Source of the DNA: Eledone cirrhosa
Lineage: Eukaryota
Length of the DNA: 64,000 nt
Reading direction: 5' to 3'
Assembly (NCBI GenBank): GCA_964016885.1
Contig: OZ024740.1
Span: forward strand, 27,776,001 to 27,840,000
A model generated the notes under the pieces. It was not told the origin of the DNA and did no database searches. It saw nothing but the letters and a program-made list of their open reading frames with translations. Of this stretch, positions 58,501 through 64,000 are shown in pieces. A program made the translations under genes and the position numbers. How positions within the stretch are numbered: the stretch's first letter is position 1; every line of letters starts with the position of its first letter.

Positions 58501-60180
58501 GCAATACCTTGTGTCTATTGTAATCAATATTACAGTTGGTAACATATTAGTAAGAGCAATACCTTGTGTCTATTGTAATCAATATTACAGTTGGTAACTT
58601 ATTAGTAAGAGCAATACCTTGTGTCTATTGTAATCAATATTACAGTTGGTAACATATAAGTAAGAGCAATACCTTGTGTCTATTGTAATCAATATTACAG
58701 TTGGTAACATATTAGTAAGAGCAATACCTTGTGTCTATTGTAATCAATATTACAGTTGGTAACATATTAGTAAGAGCAATACCTTGTGTCTATTGTAATC
58801 AATATTACAGTTGGTATCATATTAGTAAGAGCAATACCTTGTGTCTATTGTAATCAATATTACAGTTGGTAACATATTAGTAAGAGCAATACCTTGTGTC
58901 TATTGTAATCATTATTACAGTTGGTAACATATTAGTAAGAGCAATACCTTGCGTCTATTGTAATCAATATTACAGTTGGTAACATATTAGTAAGAGCAAT
59001 ACCTTGTGTCTATTGTAATCAATATTACAGTTGGTAACATATTAGTAAGAGCAATACCTTTTGTCTATTGTAATCAATATTACAGTTGGTAACATATTAG
59101 TAAGAGCAATACCTTGTGTCTATTGTAATCAATATTACAGTTGGTAACATATTAGTAAGAGCAATACCTTGTGTCTATTGTAATCAATATTACAGTTGGT
59201 AACATATTAGTAAGAGCAATACCTTGTGTCTATTGTAATCAATATTACAGGTGGTAACATATTAATAAGAGTAATACCTTGTGTCTATTGTAATCAATAT
59301 CACAGTTGGTAACATATTAGTAAGAGCAATACCGTGTGTCTATTGTAATCAATATTACATGTGGTAACATATTAGTAAGAGCAATACCTTGTGTCTATTG
59401 TAATCAAAATTACAGGTGGTAGCATATTAGTAAAAGCAATACCTTGTGTCTATTGTAATAAATATCACAGTTGGTAACATATTAGTAAGAGCAATACCTT
59501 GTGTCTATTGTAATCAATATTACAGGTGGTAGCATATTAGTAAAAGCAATACCTTGTGTCTATTGTAATCAATATTACAGTTGGTAACATATTAGTAAGA
59601 GCAATACCTTGTGTCTATTGTAATCAATATTACAGTTGGTAACATATTAGTAAGAGAATACTTTGTGTCTATTGTAATCAATATTACAGTTGGTAACATA
59701 TTAGTAAAAGCAATACCTTGTGTCTATTGTAATCAATATTACAGTTGGTAACATATTAGTAAGAGCAATACCTTGTGTCTAATGTAATCAATATTACAGT
59801 TGGTAACATATTAGTAAGAGCAATACCTTGTGTCTATTGTAATCAATATTACAGTTGGTAACATATTAGTAAGAGAAATACTTTGTGTCTATTGTAATCA
59901 ATATTACAGTTGGTAACATATTAGTAAAAGCAATACCTTGTGTCTATTGTAATCAATATTACAGTTGGTAACATATTAGTAAGAGCAATACCTTGTGTCT
60001 AATGTAATCAATATTACAGTTGGTAACATATTAGTAAGAGCAATACCTTGTGTCTATTGTAATCAATATTACAGTTGGTAACATATTAGTAAGAGCAATA
60101 CCTTGTGTCTATTGTAATCAATATTACAGTTGGTAACATATTAGTAAGAACAATACCTTATGTCTATTGTAATCAATATT
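54590..60180. repeat. 51-monomer tandem duplication, offset 2807 bp
   Basis: AAAACCTTG occurs at 55311/58118, and the private variant ATAAATATCAC at 56651/59458. Confidence 0.92.
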
Positions 60181-63100
60181 ACAGTTGGTAACATATTAGT
60201 AAGAACAATACCTTGTGTCTATTGTAATCAATATTACAGTTGGTAACATATTAGTAAGAGCAATACCTTGTGTCTATTGTAATCAATATTACAGTTGGTA
60301 ACATATCATTAAGAGCAATACCTTGTGTCTATTGTAATCAATATTACAGTTGGTAACATATCAGTAAGAGCAATACCTTGTGTCTATTGTAATCAATATC
60401 ACAGTTGGTAACATATTAGTAAGAGCAATACCTTGTGTCTATTGTAATCAATATTACAGGTGGTAGCATATTAGTAAAAGCAATAACTTGTGTCTATTGT
60501 AATCAATATTATAGTTGGTAACATATTAGTAAGAGCAATACCTTGTGTCTATTGTAATCAATATCACAGTTGGTAACATATTAGTAAGAGCAATACCTTG
60601 TGTCTATTGTAATCAATATTACAGGTGGTAGCATATTAGTAAAAGCAATACCTTGTGTCTATTGTAATCAACATCACAGTTGGTAACATATTAGTAAGAG
60701 CAATACCTCGTGTCTAATGTAATCAATATCACAGTTAGTAACATATTAGTAAGAGCAATACCTCCTTGTGTCTATGGTAATCAATATTACATTTGGTAAC
60801 ATAATAGTAAGAGCAATACCTTGTGTCTATTGTAATCAATATCACAGTTGGTAACATATTAGTAAGAGCAATACCTTGTGTCTATTGTAATCAATATTAC
60901 AGGTGGTAGCATATTAGTAAAAGAAATACCTTGTGTGTATTGTAATCAACATCGCAGTTGGTAACATATTAGTAAGAGCAATACCTCGTGTCTAATGTAA
61001 TCAATATCACAGTTAGTAACATATTAGTAAGAGCAATACCTCCTTGTGTCTATGGTAATCAATATTACAGTTGGTAACATATTAGTAAGAGCAATACCTT
61101 GTGTCTATTGTAATCAATATTACAGTTGGTAAAATATTAGTAAGAGCAATACCTTGTGTCTATTGTAATCAATATTACAGTTGGTAACATATTAGTAAGA
61201 GCAATGCCTTGTGTCTATTGTAATCAATATTACAGTTGGTAACATATTAGTAAGAGCAATACCTTGTGTCTATTGTAATCAATATTACAGTTGGTAACAT
61301 ATTAGTAAGAGCAATACCTTGTGTCTATTGTAATCAATATTACAGTTGGTAACTTATTAGTAAGAGCAATACCTTGTGTCTATTGTAATCAATATTACAG
61401 TTGGTAACATATTAGTAAGAGCAATACCTTGTGTCTATTGTAATCAATATTACAGTTGGTAACATATTAGTAAGAGCAAAACCTTGTGTCTATTTTAATC
61501 AATATTACAGTTGGTAACATATTAGTAAGAGCAATACCTTGTGTCTATTGTAATCAATATTACAGTTGGTATCATATTAGTAAGAGCAATACCTTGTGTC
61601 TATTGTAATCAATATTACAGTTGGTAACATATTAGTAAGAGCAATACCTTGTGTCTATTGTAATCAATATTACAGTTGGTAACATATTAGTAAGAGCAAT
61701 ACCTTGCGTCTATTGTAATCAATATTACAGTTGGTAACATATTAGTAAGAGCAATACCTTGTGTCTATTGTAATCAATATTACAGTTGGTAACATATTAG
61801 TAAGAGCAATACCTTGTGTCTATTGTAATCAATATTACAGTTGGTAACATATTAGTAAGAGCAATACCTTGTGTCTATTGTAATCAATATTACAGTTGGT
61901 AACATATTAGTAAGAGCAATACCTTGTGTCTATTGTAATCAATATTGCAGTTGGTAACATATTAGTAAGAGCAATACCTCGTGTCTATTGTAATCAATAT
62001 TACAGGTGGTAACATATTAGTAAGAGCAATACCTTGTGTCTATTGTAATCAATATCACAGTTGGTAACATATTAGTAAGAGCAATACCTTGTGTCTATTG
62101 TAATCAATATTACAGGTGGTAACATATTAGTAAGAGCAATACCTTGTGTCTATTGTAATCAATATTACAGTTGGTAACATATTAGTAAGAGCAATACCTT
62201 GTGTCTATTGTAATCAATATTACAGTTGGTAACATATTAGTAAGAGCAATACCTTGTGTCTATTGTAATCAATATTACAGTTGGTAACATATTATTAAGA
62301 GCAATACCTTGCGTCTATTGTAATCAATATTACAGTTGGTAACATATTAGTAAGAGCAATACCTTGTGTCTATTGTAATCAATATTACATGTGGTAACAT
62401 ATTAGTAAGAGCAATACCTTGTGTCTATTGTAATCAAAATTACAGGTGGTAGCATATTAGTAAAAGCAATACCTTGTGTCTATTGTAATCAATATCACAG
62501 TTGGTAACATATTAGTAAGAGCAATACCTTGTGTCTATTGTAATCAATATTACAGGTGGTAGCATATTAGTAAAAGCAATACCTTGTGTCTATTGTAATC
62601 AATATTACAGTTGGTAACATATTAGTAAGAGCAATACCTTGTGTCTATTGTAATCAATATTACAGTTGGTAACATATTAGTAAGAGCAATACTTTGTGTC
62701 TATTGTAATCAATATTACAGTTGGTAACATATTAGTAAAAGCAATACCTTGTGTCTATTGTAATCAATATTACAGTTGGTAACATATTAGTAAGAGCAAT
62801 ACCTTGTGTCTAATGTAATTAATATTACAGTTGGTAACATATTAGTAAGAGCAATACCTTGTGTCTATTGTAATCAATATTACAGTTGGTAACATATTAG
62901 TAAGAGAAATACTTTGTGTCTATTGTAATCAATATTACAGTTGGTAACATATTAGTAAAAGCAATACCTTGTGTCTATTGTAATCAATATTACAGTTGGT
63001 AACATATTAGTAAGAGCAATACCTTGTGTCTAATGTAATCAATATTACAGTTGGTAACATATTAGTAAGAGCAATACATTGTGTCTATTGTAATCAATAT

Positions 63101-64000
63101 TACAGTTGGTAACATATTAGTAAGAGCAATACCTTGTGTCTATTGTAATCAATATTACAGTTGGTAACATATTAGTAAGAACAATACCTTATGTCTATTG
63201 TAATCAATATTACAGTTGGTAACATATTAGTAAGAACAATACCTTGTGTCTATTGTAATCAATATTACAGTTGGTAACATATTAGTAAGAGCAATACCTT
63301 GTGTCTATTGTAATCAATATTACAGTTGGTAACATATTAGTTAGAGCAATGCCTTGTGTCTATTGTAATCAATATTACAGTTGGTAACATATTAGTAAGA
63401 GCAATACCTTGTGTCTATTGTAATCAATATTACAGTTGGTAACATATTAGTAAGAGCAATACCTTGTGTCTATTGTAATCAATATTACAGTTGGTAACAT
63501 ATCAGTAAGAGCAATACCTTGTGTCTATTGTAATCAATATTACAGTTGGTAACATATTAGTAAGAGCAATACTTTGTGTCTATTGTAATCAATATTACAG
63601 TTGGTAACATATTAGTAAAAGCAATACCTTGTGTCTATTGTAATCAATATTACAGTTGGTAACATATTAGTAAGAGCAATACCTTGTGTCTATTGTAATC
63701 AATATTACAGTTGGTAACATATTAGTAAGAGCAATACTTTGTGTCTATTGTAATCAATATTACAGTTGGTAACATATTAGTAAAAGCAATACCTTGTGTC
63801 TATTGTAATCAATATTACAGTTGGTAACATATTAGTAAGAGCAATACCTTGTGTCTAATGTAATCAATATTACAGTTGGTAACATATTAGTAAGAGCAAT
63901 ACCTTGTGTCTATTGTAATCAATATTACAGTTGGTAACATATTAGTAAGAGAAATACTTTGTGTCTATTGTAATCAATATTACAGTTGGTAACATATTAG

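Larger units (their letters stand above)
1..64000. repeat. 55-bp AT-rich tandem satellite array, about 1,160 head-to-tail monomers, open at both window edges
   Basis: TATTAGTAAG recurs at 1, 56, 111, 166, 221 and onward with a 55-bp period to the end of the window. Consensus base counts are A19 T20 G9 C7. Only point variants, +3 insertions and -1 deletions were seen, always in the same orientation. Confidence 0.99.

Noticed and set aside
1-64000. CRISPR array (regular period, palindromic repeat)
   Set aside because: There are no unique spacers because all 55 bp are repeated, and no cas genes or leader are present.
1-64000. Giant repeat-protein CDS
   Set aside because: 55 is not a multiple of 3 and both strands carry four stop triplets per monomer, so every frame is closed within 165 bp. 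The longest consensus plus-strand stop-free run is 32 codons (EQYLVSIVINITVGNILVRAIPCVYCNQYYSW) and has no ATG; its CxxC is probably chance.
1-64000. Long plus-strand ORF under a TAA/TAG-reassigned (ciliate-type) code, since the consensus plus strand lacks TGA
   Set aside because: All three frames would be equally open, -1 deletions shift the frame freely, and TGA-creating variants occur (GGTGAC, GTGAGA, GTGACT). Nothing supports recoding.
1-64000. Telomerase-synthesised telomeric repeat
   Set aside because: The unit is much longer than known telomerase repeats and has no G-rich strand (G9 vs C7). Variants are inherited in multi-kb blocks rather than reset by a template. A recombination-maintained terminal satellite is not excluded.
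1-64000. Rolling-circle or sequencing concatemer of a single 55-bp circle
   Set aside because: Variants are not random errors. They form linked haplotypes repeated at many different in-register offsets with stepwise accumulation, which implies an evolutionary history. Individual block duplications could still be assembly errors.

Overview
The whole 64 kb window is one uninterrupted head-to-tail tandem array of a 55-bp AT-rich monomer (about 1,160 copies, 29% GC). The consensus is TATTAGTAAGAGCAATACCTTGTGTCTATTGTAATCAATATTACAGTTGGTAACA. I saw no unique sequence, inversion, spacer, conventional gene, RNA gene or mobile element, and both array ends lie outside the window. Most monomers differ from the consensus at 0-3 positions. 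The variants recur in ordered series, revealing nested, irregular higher-order duplications (5, 10, 23, 34, 37, 42, 47, 51, 73, 82, 122, 169 and 205 monomers apart) and a layered distribution of variant haplotypes. This is the architecture of an actively turning-over satellite DNA; the host organism cannot be identified from the sequence. The most unexpected observation is on the minus strand: each consensus monomer is almost exactly one mini-ORF (ATG...TAA, 54 of 55 bp, MLPTVILITIDTRYCSY*), joined to the next by TAA-T-ATG. Many frequent variants are synonymous in that frame and both insertion types are in-frame. This may be chance and needs testing. Offsets were counted by eye from diagnostic variants, and block boundaries are approximate.
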